Shown here: positions 1-11,491 of the stretch, piece by piece | Layout: each line of letters begins with the position of its first letter | Position numbering within the stretch: the first letter of the stretch is position 1 | Assembly: GCF_006345805.1 (NCBI RefSeq) | Contig: NW_021837037.1 | Span: 1 to 64,000, forward strand | DNA from: Octopus sinensis | Lineage: Eukaryota | Length of the DNA stretch: 64,000 nucleotides | Reading direction: 5' to 3' | Translations under genes and position numbers: made by a program | Notes under the pieces: generated by a model | What the model saw: only the letters and a program-made list of their open reading frames with translations | What the model was told of the DNA's origin: nothing | The model's database searches: none

Positions 1-320
1 CATTCTTGGGCTCAAAACAATACTGCAGCTTCTTTCATATAGCAGTTAATAGCATTTTGGTTGGAAGTCATTTAAAATTTCTTATGGAGCGGTAAGGAAA
101 TTTTCCTTCATAATGTAGGTCTACATTGCTTTTGATTATATATATATATATATATATATATTTATTATGTGAAATAGAAAGATGAATAATCTTGTAGTAG
201 ATTAATCAAAAGTTTAACCGATACCTTAGTAGCAAAAATCACAGCAGTAAACAGCACGGTTGGAGGTACAACCATCTGGCGTTGCAACCGTGCGTTGGTG
301 CGGATAATTGAAATTAAAAC

Positions 321-472
321 ATTATTGGAGAATTGAAGAAATGGAGCTGAACGCAGATTGAACAGAAATCGTTTTATTTCATTCTACACGTGTTTCGAAA
401 CACGTGTAGAATGAAATAAAACGATTTCTGTTCAATCTGCGTTCAGCTCCATTTCTTCAATTCTCCAATAAT
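321..472. repeat. Perfect 152-bp palindrome (copy at 34270-34421)
   Basis: Two 76-bp arms with no spacer, centred on TTTC|GAAA (396/397). Confidence 0.97.
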
Positions 473-687
<215 letters not shown>

Positions 688-850
688 GGCGCAGGAGTGG
701 CTGTGTGGTAGTTGCTTGCTTACCAACCACATGGTTCCGGGTTCGGTCCCACTGCGTGGCACCTTGGGTGAGTGTGTTCTACAGTAGCCTCGGGCCGAAC
801 AATGCCTTGTGAGTGGATTTGGTAGACGGAAATTGAAAGAAGCCTGTCGT
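688..850 (+). mobile_element. tRNA-derived SINE (two tandem copies at 34641-34804 and 34971-35138 in unit 2)
   Basis: Head ggcgcaggagtggctgtgtgg...ggttccgggttcggtccc is tRNA-like (A/B box). It ends in (TA)n, and the same family occurs inverted at 27797-27960. Confidence 0.8.
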
Positions 851-865
851 ATATATGTAAATATA

Positions 866-917
<52 letters not shown>

Positions 918-989
918 TATATATATATATATATATATGCATATATATATATATATATTTATATGTATTTTTTTATTTATTTATCTAGT

Positions 990-2848
990 TTCAGCTCACA
1001 AGCTGTGGCCATGCTGGGGCACCGCCATGCGGGTTGCAACATGATTTTACTTCACAAAGGCTTTTTAGCTATTGCCATTTGGTGCATCAGAGAGTTCGAT
1101 GCAGCTGCCCTCATCTGCATATCCTGCCTGAAGTTGGTTCATCTGGGATACCTGACAAGAAGAGATCCAGTTTCATTTTAAAAACATCTGCATCCACCCC
1201 ATGCAGGTCTCTTAGGTTCTTTGGGAGGATATTGAAGAGTTGTTGGCTCTCGGAAGTCCAGGCTGTCAGAGTATCTTGTCCTACATCTTGACGGCAAATT
1301 TAGAACCTTTGTACCACGCAGTGGCGGCCAGTTCTGGCATTTGCGTAACTCTCGATGCCAAAGTTTGCGACAAGTCCTTCTAGGATCTTCCAGATGTATA
1401 TTATGGCATATTTTTCTCGCCTACCCTCTAAGGAATAGAGTTTCAATCTCTTAAATCTTTCCCAATAGATTATGTGCTGCACAGAGGCTATCTTCTTGTA
1501 GCTCCGTTGGTTCGCCTCAAGTTCTGTGATTAACTTGACACTGGATGGTGACCATAGCTGAGAGCAATAGTCAAAGTGGCTTAGGACAAGTGTCCTCCAG
1601 CGGACAATCATGGTTTCCTGGTCTAAAGATTTTAAGAATCCATCCGGTCAGTCGCCTACATTTCATTGCCAATTTAGCAACATGCACATGAAAGGTTGCA
1701 TCATCACTCATATAAATACCAAGGTCTCGCACTGATTGTGCCTCTGGGATTGCAGTCCCTCCAGGTCCAGTGTATTTAGTAGGCATTGCATTTAGTTTTG
1801 CGTGCTGATAGCATTGAGCTTGAAATATTTCAGCACTGAACCGCATGCTATTCTTTTTAGTCCACTTGTATATTTAGTGCAGCTCACATTGTAGGTGATT
1901 AGTGTCTTCAGGGTTATGTATTGCCTGTGAAGCTTTTGTATCATTTGCATTACTTATGATCGTGGCCCTCTGCGTGGCTGAGGGCATGTCTAAAAAGGCC
2001 ATTATGAACAGTAGTGTTCCCGAAACAGTGCCTTGCGGAACACCGCTCCTTATTTTGGAAGTGGCCTCATTAGCTACTACCACCTGACTTCTATCCTTCA
2101 GAATGTCATGAAGCCAATTTTCCAACTATGCCAAGGTCACGCAGTTTGTGACATAGCATTCCATGAACGACTTTATCAAAGGCCTTTGCAAAGTCGAGAT
2201 ATATGACTTCCACATTTCAGTGGTTGAGCAGTCGTTTCAGCACCCAGTCAGTGTTGTAGGAGCTGAGTTAAGCAGCTTCTTCCTGGTCGGAACCATGTTG
2301 AGTATCAGGCAGCAAGTCATTTTCTTTAAGGAAGGTGATTCCTTTCCTGCTGACTATTCGTTCCATGATCTTGCTGACGTGTGAGGTCAGAGAGATAGGT
2401 CTGTAGTTCTTGGCCTCCGCTCTGCTGCCTCCTTTATGAATAGAGCATATTTTACCTTCCTTCAGTTTTCTTGGAAATTTGCCAGTTGCAAGGAAGCTCT
2501 GAAAGAGGAACTGCAGTGGTCTTGCTAGGACTCTCTTACATACTTTTAGAAGGATAGCTGGGTAACCATCGTGGCTTGTTGCTGAGTTTGTTTTCATTTC
2601 ATCAATCATTGCTGTCCCGATTTTATATCTGCAGTGGTAAAGAAGTTAGTTGGATTGGTGACTTCAAAATGCCCTAGGGGTAGAGGGAAAATACATTTGA
2701 ATAGCTCATTTAGTATTTCACTTACCCTCATTGGATTTCCTGTGAGTGTGCCATCATTTTCAAGAAGTGGCCCTACCCTACAGTGCACCGTAGCTGTTTC
2801 TTTTGCATACCTGTAGAAAGCTCTGGGGTTAGATTTCATGTTGTCTAT
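990..2848 (-). mobile_element. 5'-truncated decayed CR1/L2-like non-LTR retrotransposon (RT remnants); copy 35278-37136
   Basis: Fragmented RT motifs NYRPISLTSHVSKIMER, SGVPQGTV, VRDLGIYM, LVLSHFDYCSQLWSP and RLKLYSLEGRR, with several frameshifts. It lies antisense upstream of exon 4b. Confidence 0.9.
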
Positions 2849-2852
2849 ATGC

Positions 2853-2886
<34 letters not shown>

Positions 2887-2887
2887 C

Positions 2888-2943
<56 letters not shown>

Positions 2944-3030
2944 ATGTAAGGTAGGTACAATAAATTGAGGGTGAATACTTGATAAACGTACGTGCACCTG
3001 TATATGCCAGCTAATGGCAGATGTGAGAGG

Positions 3031-3138
3031 ATATATGTATCAAATTAAATAAATAACAGGACACAAGTGTGTCGCGGTAAACATGTGTACCGCGACATCC
3101 TTTGTGTCCTGTTTTTTTATTTAATTTGATACATATAT
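3031..3138. repeat. ~108-nt imperfect hairpin (copy 37319-37426)
   Basis: atatatgtatcaaattaaataaataacaggacacaa..gtcgcggta / taccgcgac..ttgtgtcctgtttttttatttaatttgatacatatat. Confidence 0.9.
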
Positions 3139-3149
3139 ATGTATATGTA

Positions 3150-3199
<50 letters not shown>

Positions 3200-3240
3200 C
3201 ATATATATATATATGCATATATATATGTATGCATATATAT

Positions 3241-3272
<32 letters not shown>

Positions 3273-3439
3273 ATATATATATCATAAATTCCAACTTATT
3301 TTTGCAGTTCATTAACTCTACGTCAAGCTCTCTTCTGTCTGTGAGCTATTCCCCCAGGTTAGACGCAGTGCTCTGACGAAAGAAAACTATGTTTGCATTA
3401 TTGGGCGAGACCATTCTCATACTGTATATAATTTCCTGT

Positions 3440-3728
3440 GGGCATATGGTCTAGTTGTTAGAGCAGCGGACTCGTAGTCGAGGATCGCGGGTTCGAATCT
3501 TAGACAGGGCGACGTGTGTATTTATGAGCGAAGCAACTAAGCTCCATGCACCTCCGGCAGAAGGTAACGGCGAAATTCTTCTGACTCTCTCGCCACAACT
3601 TTCTCTGTCTTTCCTCTTGCAGCTCACCTGCGACAGGAGCCGGTCCGTCGCAGGTGGGGAAACTATACGCCAAGGAAACCGAGAAAGCGATCCTTATGAA
3701 CCAGGTAAGGCTCGAGAAGGAACAAACA
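3440..3728 (+). mobile_element. tRNA-derived SINE (copy ~37728-38016)
   Basis: tRNA-like head tggtctagttgttagagcagcggactcgtagtcgaggatcgcgggttcgaatc, followed by a GC-rich body. Confidence 0.75.
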
Positions 3729-3825
3729 TATAATTTTCTAGAAAATAGCAACGATATTAATGAAATATGTCCGTCAGTTTTAAATGTATTACTGATTAAC
3801 ATATTTTTTGTCTTGAATTCTTCAG

Positions 3826-3911
3826 ATGACCTGCCAGAACCCAACTCAGCACCATGCATTCTAACATTAAACAGTATCTTATTGGCTGTTCCTGTATGGG
3901 CCATATTTTAG
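3826..3911 (+). CDS. B-type terminal exon 4b of a gene starting upstream of the window
   Basis: Identical to 38114-38199; ATTAAA at 3943. The preceding sequence (~3290-3420) aligns with A intron 3 (~21085-21290). Confidence 0.8.
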
Positions 3912-4278
3912 TGGAATTCGAACATATGCACTGTGCGAGGCTATTAAATATAATAAGCTTGTAACAGTCATTTTTGCTTGTTTTGTATGGTACGTACACA
4001 AATCTTCTGTATATAAAGTACTTCGAAATTTTATTTTTATAATCATGTCAAGAAATATATCTATTTCGCGTCAATACTAAATCACTTTACATTTATTGTC
4101 ATTGCAATATGATGTTTATTTTCAATCTATTACTGCATTAACTCTACATTATTTGCATGGCAAAATTTGAAATCAATTGCTTTCTGACATATGTTTAATC
4201 TCAAAATGTTCGAGGACTATTCTGTTATATATTTATTTATTGAATTACATGTTTACCTCAATTTAAACATCATCATCT

Positions 4279-4450
4279 AAGGCGGCGAGCTGGCAGAAAC
4301 GTTACCACGCCGGGCGCAATACTTAGCGGTACTTCGTCTGCTGTTAGGTTCTGAGTTCAAATTCCACCGAGTTCGACTTTGCCTTTCATCCCTTGAGGGT
4401 CGATAAATTAAGTACCAGTTACGCACTGGAGACGGTATAATTGACTTGCT
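4279..4450 (+). mobile_element. Short interspersed repeat (SINE-like); related copies ~4905-5075, ~19810-19950, ~20045-20200, ~23820-24000, ~32455-32600
   Basis: Shared core gagctggcagaaacgttagcacgccgggcg...ctgagttcaaattccgccgaggtcgactttgcctttcatcc...ggtcgataaattaagtaccag seen several times in the unit. Confidence 0.8.
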
Positions 4451-5228
4451 GGGACTGCCTGTCATGTGACGGTCGTTTAGAAAAAGTGCGGGCTAAAACT
4501 ACGCGCCTTCACTAGTCAGTTAAGGTGAGACATTGTCACGTGACAACTTGCTGGGGCTGCCTGCTGGATCCAATGCGGCAGGTTTTTGAAGGGAAAAATT
4601 TGACAAGACAGTCAGTCACCGGCTGACACTCGCTGACGATACATCGAAGAGGCCATGGAACAGAAGAAAGAAGACATGCACCCAACACCAGAGGTGAAGA
4701 CACCTCCGAAGGGGGGAGCGCCACGTCAAAACGGTAGAGGAGTAAGGGCCGAAACCGGACGTGGTTCCTCCTGATGTTGTCTTGAGCAAACAGGATCCTA
4801 TAAAGGAGCTGTTGTGGTAGCAGACCACGAATCACGGTTGTAACTCCTCCATCTTCCTGTCCTTGTTTGTACCCTCTTTGTGTTTAGTACCTTGTGGGTA
4901 GTAAAGAAATAGGTATTTCGTCTGTTTTTACGTTTTGAGTTCAAATTCCGCCGAGGTCGGATTTGCATTTCATCTTTTCAGGGTCTACAAATTAAGTACC
5001 AGTTGCGTACTAGTGTCGTTCTAATCGACTGGTCCTCCCCCAAAATTTCGGGCCTTGTGCCTAGAGTAGAAAATAATTTAAACATTATCTCCTTCGAAAT
5101 AGTAACCTTCCGCAACTATATAACGGCCCCATTGCTCCTCCCTCATTTGGAATTCGTCTTGCAAATAAAAGTCCGAGAACGTTAAAAGATTCGCTATATA
5201 TATGTATATGTATACATTTGGAAACATG

Positions 5229-5766
5229 TCAAGGTAGAAAATGCTAAAGTAATTTTATAAAAAAAGCATTTCAGTACCGGTTTCGGTCATTGGGTCTTCT
5301 TCAAATGTAAGTATGGAAAGCAATTAATTTTTGAAAAATTAAGTGAAAAGATTATTTAAATGAATATTGCAAAGTATTCGAGAACAAGGGGCATTTTCTT
5401 TGTTTCTCCCTGCCTCTATTTCTCATGTAAATTCTTGTGGGTTCAAGGACGTTGTGAATTCTTGGCAGAGAAGAAGAAGAAGAAGAAGAAGAAGAAGGAG
5501 GAGGAGAACGAGAAGCAAAAGAATAATGCGCGACAACTATGATAGGTATCCTATTACTAACATTGTACTCCCTATTTATTCTCCTCAGAAACAAGGAAAG
5601 TTCCCCTTCTTTTTTAATAATATGCAAATATTCTCTTAAAAAAATCTTTTCGGTTAATTTTTCCGAAATATAATTTTTTACCATACTTACAGTTGAAAAC
5701 GTCCCAATGACTGAAACCGGTATTGAAATGTTTTTTATAAAATTATCTTAGCATTTTCTACCTTGA
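5229..5766. repeat. Degenerate inverted repeat (~190-bp arms) around a (GAA)n/(GAG)n tract, with decayed HHR-like motifs
   Basis: tcaaggtagaaaatgcta..catttcagtaccggtttcggtcattgg versus ccaatgactgaaaccggtattgaaatg..tagcattttctaccttga. Confidence 0.75.
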
Positions 5767-5888
5767 AGTTTACCATATATTTCAACTCGTATGTTCTTGT
5801 TCAACCTTATATATATATAATGTTGATTCGCTAGCCTCTGCACGCAGTTTTTTTCTCCTCGTTTATTTCTGTATTTCTTTTCCGTGTA

Positions 5889-5926
5889 TCTTTCTGTTGA
5901 AGAGCGTAGGCTCGAAACGTAAAAGA
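5889..5926 (+). ncRNA. Minimal type I hammerhead-like motif with variant core (CUGUUGA)
   Basis: UCUUU-CUGUUGA-A-GAGC(GUAG)GCUC-GAAAC-GUA-AAAGA. Stems I and II pair and helix III is palindromic (ACGU), but A6 is replaced by U. Confidence 0.6.
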
Positions 5927-6023
5927 CTTGTTTAATTTATATTCCTGAGCGCCATACAAATACAATTGTTTGTTTGTATTCCACCTGCCATCGTCTTTTG
6001 TTTATTTTCATAAAGCATCCCGT

Positions 6024-6126
<103 letters not shown>

Positions 6127-6130
6127 TATA

Positions 6131-6169
<39 letters not shown>

Positions 6170-7145
6170 GAATAAAAAAATGGAGTTAACGCAGGAGTAA
6201 TCAAATATTTTTACTTACGACACATGTTTCGAAAATACCACTAATACTATTCAAAAGAATAAATGGTATAAACAATGCAATCTTCTCCTGAGGAAAGTAA
6301 AAAAAACGAAACTCGTCAATAATATATTTTAGCAAAAAATGATGGATTCGTATAGCGATAGACAGAACGCTATTAATATTGTTTAAAAAACGTCATATGA
6401 TATAACGTCATAAGTAGCTAACAGAAACAGTAGGGATATTAATAGTGAACGTTAAATATAAAGGAAATTAAAGATTAAATTATATATAATGATAGAGACT
6501 ACTTATATGCACTAAATGTATGTTTTTGCCAATGCTTACATATGTATGCTCGCTCTATAACTGTGTTTAGTACAGTATTTTTAGAAAACATAATGAAAAA
6601 TAGCTCAGAATTGCAGAGAAGACAGAATTTCTTGCCTTTGTCATATGGTATCGAAATTGAGAGAATGAACCATTCTAAATGAAGTTGTTCATTGTGGTCT
6701 TTTAAATCCCAAATCAATTTGCTGAGACCGGTACTATTCCGTTTATTTCTATCCCTAAATGTTGAGTAATGGATAGAAATTCTTTTAGATAACTCTAACG
6801 ATGTGCTTCCAATGTAAAGTCGTACTTTATTACGAGTACTGATTATACACTGGTATATAGAATTTTTAATCTTAGAGTTACTTGACATAAACTTAATTCT
6901 GTTGGAATTGACTTCAGATACAATAACCTTGTTATTAATATTTCTAGAGGGTTGGATGGTATTAGCTAAATTAACGTTAGTATTAGTAAATGTATTAATA
7001 TTTAACAGCTTGTTATTATGAGAAGAGATAATTTGTGTTTGAAAAACCTATCCTAAACTTATGTGAATTGATTATAGAGTAATATTACATGTGTCGAAAG
7101 TAAAAATATTTGATTACACCTGCGTTAAATCTATTTTTTTATTCA
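6170..7145 (-). mobile_element. 5'-truncated Penelope-like (Naiad-type) GIY-YIG fragment with ~55-bp inverted termini (copy 40458-41433)
   Basis: ORF 6499-6888 contains IYQC..YIGST..STGLSKLIWDLK..CLLC. 6170-6225 is the reverse complement of 7088-7145. Confidence 0.85.
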
Positions 7146-7159
7146 TATTATACAAAATA

Positions 7160-7830
7160 TTCAACGTAAAAACGAAGTTTCTACCTTTATAAACAAGGAG
7201 TTACAACACCTTTACTTGTGAGATTTTTACTGGCCCCTCTAAACTTCTCTTAACTCTCGACTTCCAGGGCCATTACACAGTGATCCCTCACCACGTAGAG
7301 CTGCATGCACTCCAAAATTTCCTTGACCTTCAACACAACACCTAACCCGAAACATCCTCACTCGTTCGTCTGGCCGAACTTGTCCTCCCTCTCAACCGCT
7401 TCTCGTTCGCTGGTAATTTCTACCAGCAGCTCGGTAGTGGACATTGGAATGAGAATGGACCCCAATTATTCGAACCTGTTCGTTGGTTACGTTGAGGCCC
7501 AAATATGCTCAAGTTTCACTGGCCAAACTCCCGAACTAAACGGCCCTTATATTGACGACTGTATCGGTACGAATTCACTCTTCCGCGAGCATCTAGACTC
7601 CTTCCACTCTTTTATCAAATCTTTCCATCCTACCCTCCACATCCACTGCACTATCTCTGACACCTCTGTCCCCTTGACATTTCAATGAGCATTCATTACT
7701 CCACTCACACAACCTCCATCTACATCAAACACAGACTCACACTCACACATCAACTTCCCCTCCTCTCACACTAAACGCACCGAGCTTTTCGTCCCCTATT
7801 TCCAATTTCTCCGTCTACGCAGGCTACACC
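7160..7830 (+). mobile_element. Decayed Penelope-like RT fragment (copy ~41448-42118)
   Basis: GMRMDPNYSNLFVGYVE...PYIDDCIG matches PLE RT motifs (MG..MGP.YANLF..YVE; YIDD). Confidence 0.8.
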
Positions 7831-7984
7831 ACAACCCACGATACCACACAACGCATCACATCACATCACACCACGACGCACACACTAGCACTGACCACTT
7901 CCCATCCCCACATCTTCGAAACTACACAGACACACACGCACATGTGTATTTGTATGCATGTATGTTTACAGGCATGTATATACA

Positions 7985-8021
<37 letters not shown>

Positions 8022-8530
8022 TCGGGGTGAGTACTTGATAATTATAAGCACCTGTGTATCATGTTTATTCCTATTTTTATTTTTTTACTTTTTATTTTTT
8101 TACGTTTTACTCTTATTTTTTTACTTTTTACTTTTATTTCTATTTCTATCTTTACTTTATAACCTTATGCCTTTACATTCATTTATATTTCTTTATATTT
8201 CTTTATATTCTTTATACCCCCTTTACATCTCCTTATATCCCTTTATATCTTTATACTCTACATTTTTATATTTTTCTATACTTACACTTTTTATACATAC
8301 ATTTTTTATCCCTCGTCCTGAATTCTCGCCCCTCCATCTTCACGTCTATATATGTATTTATTTATTTACATTACTTCAACATCCAATTTCCTCATTCTAC
8401 ATTGAGAGAAGAAGAGATGGACGCTTCAATTCTATGCTGTTGACTCATTATGTCGTACGCGAATGAGAGGATTTGCATCCCCAACCAAGAATTTTTGATG
8501 TAACACATGTCCTTGTGGAAGCTGTTGTGC

Positions 8531-8608
8531 GCGGCTGAAGAAGGCCACAGACATACATTATGCATTGTTATAAATCTGTCTAATAAAGGCCCGAAACATA
8601 TGTACCGC
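8531..8608 (+). ncRNA. Type I hammerhead ribozyme in 5' pLTR (copy 42820-42897)
   Basis: GCGG-CUGAAGA-AGGCC..(long loop)..GGCCC-GAAAC-AUAU-GUA/CCGC. Core intact, palindromic loop 3, predicted cleavage after 8604. Confidence 0.85.
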
Positions 8609-8795
8609 TGAATCCTTGGCATCATGTTTTTATTTTGATCAATTTACTCCACCATCTACACCACCAAACGGTATACACAGGTTCTTATAATTATCAAGTA
8701 CTCACCCCGAATTTCTATACTCAACTCACCTACGTTGTCACTATGATCTGATCCCACGTAACCGCGACAACCTTTAGTACTTGACGAACCCAAGC

Positions 8796-11303
8796 ATGAA
8801 GATTCAAAGGATTCACACAAACTTCTCTCCCAGGACATACCTCTCCACTCCGACAAAACTTACATGACGACCCTCATCCACCGGACCACAGACTTTATTA
8901 GAAGAATCACGTGGGCGGCTTACCATTTCGATAACCCGGGGAAAAGCAACCCCAACTCTAACCAAGAAGAAATAGCACACAGGAAGATATTTAAAAGCAG
9001 AAGATACCCACCCTCTAACTACGCACTGGAAAATTTTGAAACAGACTTAATCGACCTCATTACCAACATCAACATTAGTAAGCATAAGACCATTTCCAAC
9101 ACCCACTTAAGGAGCCTTAAATATTTCCTGCATTCACTTAGGAACGATGATAGTCTTATCATACCCGCCGACAAGACTGGGAACTGGTATAGGTTAGACT
9201 ACCAAACCTACAAATCGCTCATCATGAGGGAACTTAGCAAAAAATATAAAACTACTTCTACGGATAACCTTAAGGAAATTAACTACAAAATCAAGGAAGT
9301 TATGAGCAAATTAGACCTCCTGGACAGAACGGAACCTATCAAACCACAAGTACCCAAAATTACTATTGAAGACCATAAGAAAGACTTCCCGGATAATGTA
9401 GGAGTACGATTAATCTGTCCGACTAAATCGGATATCGGCAGACTCAGCAAGACTATCCTGGACAAGGTGATCCCACGCATCAAACCCCACATCCCACTCC
9501 AACTATGGATTAACACCGACGATGTGCTAGAATGGTTTAACACAATCACCAATAGACCCAACTACTCATTCATCCAATTCGACATAGCTAGCTACTACGC
9601 CAGTATATCCCCCATCTTACTTAACAAATCCCTTATATTTGCCCGCAACCTTTCGCTCATAGACAGAGAAAAAATTGACATAATACTATTAGCTAGAAAA
9701 ACCATAATAGAATTCGACGGTAGACTTTGGACCAGATCCGATACCCCCGACAATTTTGATGTGGCTATGGGCTCGAGCGATTCAGCTCAGGTGACTGACT
9801 TGGTCGGGGCCTACCTGCTCAAGAAGCTTTTCTCCGAGGTACCGGATCTTCAGGGGGGTCTATACAGAGATGACGCTCTCTTCATATACCCCACCAACAA
9901 TAGGAGTAAACTAGAAAGAATTAGAAAAAGATCAGGCTTTTTTTCAAATCCTTCAATCTTAAACTAGAATTTATGACCAATACTAAAATAGTAAACTTCT
10001 TAGATGTTACGTTAGACTTGAATAAGCACCTTCACCACCCGTATAGGAAACCCGAAGAAACTACCAAATACATCCATACCTCTTCCAACCATCCACCCTG
10101 TATAATTAGCACCACGGTCCAAGCCATCTCAGACAGGCTTACAAAACTATCCTCTAATAGAGAAATTTTCAATAATCACGCACAACACTACAACCAGGCT
10201 CTCTATAGTGCTGGGTATAACCAGAGAATATCATATGTAGACCACCCGAGAACGTCCGTCGGCCATAAAACTCCCAATTATAATCGAACTCCGCACTCAA
10301 CTCACACTAGCGATAATTCTAATTTAAACTCCAAACAACGTATAGGAAATAGGCGAACTAATAGAATAGCACACAATAGTAACCCTCTCGACGAGAGCAA
10401 TATAGATCCTATTAGGAGAAATAGAAGGGATAATAGTCGATTACGCAAATATATATGGTTCAACATACCATACAACTTAGCAGGTAGGGGTACGTTATGT
10501 AAGAGAATATTCTCTATCATTTCCAACAACTTCCCACCCACCCATAAGTATAGAAGCATCTTCTCCAACAAAACCATTAGGATTTCCTACTCTACCCTGC
10601 CCAACAAGAGCTGCCTCATAGCTAAACATAACTATATTAATATTAGAACAGCTAGATCAAGAGCAAGCTATAGCGACCAACCGAACCCCCCTCATCCAGA
10701 TAGTAGACAATATAATCAGACTGGCAGCCATATTACCCAAACAGTTAGTAATAACACCTGCCAACACAACAGAGGAAATACTACACCCATCAACAACCAG
10801 GAGGATATCAACGCCCCCACTCGTATTGCAACACCTCCGCCTGGGATTAGCAGCACACGACCGAATAATGCAATTCAATGCAACTGCATATGTGCATCAG
10901 AGTGCCCGCTACAGGGCGTATGTAGGGCGAAAAACGTAATATATTCATGTGAGGTGAGTACCCGTTTAACACACTCACCTACATAGGTTGCTCAACCTCC
11001 TGGAAATCCAGATACTACAACCACCGGTCCTCGCTGAAGCACAGACATAAGGCTAACAGCACCTCCCTTTCTAAAAAAATTTGGGAATTAAAAGACAAAT
11101 GCAGAGGCTTCAAACTCAGGTGGTCCATCATCGGATCAGCTGCACCTTATTTAAATAATAGAGCAGGATGCCAACTATGTTGCGTAGAACTCCTGAACAT
11201 CTTGAAATTCAAAGACAAACACAATCTTATTAACAAAAGGTCAGAGTTCAAACCATCCTGTATACACAAACTTATTAATACTTTCAAATACTACAAAACT
11301 TAG
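8796..11303 (+). pseudogene. RT-GIY-YIG polyprotein of the Naiad-like element (~835 aa), broken by three apparent 1-nt deletions
   Basis: Restoring one base near 8832, ~9928 and ~10975 joins MKIQRIHTNFSPKDIPLHSDKTY..., ORF 8864-9967, ORF 9973-10986 and the tail YIGCSTSWKSRYYNH...YYKT*. Confidence 0.8.
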
Positions 11304-11454
11304 GTTATTATACCAACTCTCCCATGCAATTTCCTCCCACCCGGTGCAACCTGTCGACTCCAGCACATCCCGCTTTCCTATATGTGCCTGTATGTGCGTA
11401 TATGTGTGCGTATATATATATATATATGTATGTGCACATATGTGTATGTATATG

Positions 11455-11491
<37 letters not shown>

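Noticed and set aside
3369-3390. CTGACGA..GAAAAC and the homologous CTGAAGA..GAAAC at ~21240 as hammerhead cores
   Set aside because: There is no stem II or stem I pairing; this is paralogous intron sequence.
3440-3520. tRNA gene-like sequences (also ~15420, ~20570-20635)
   Set aside because: They are SINE heads. The acceptor stem is incomplete and each is followed by a SINE body.
8463-8499. SECIS-like AUGA..AA..UGAU segment next to the pLTR hammerhead (some Naiads encode selenoproteins)
   Set aside because: The spacing to AA (15 nt) and helix pairing fit poorly, and the reconstructed ORF has no in-frame UGA at the Cys positions.
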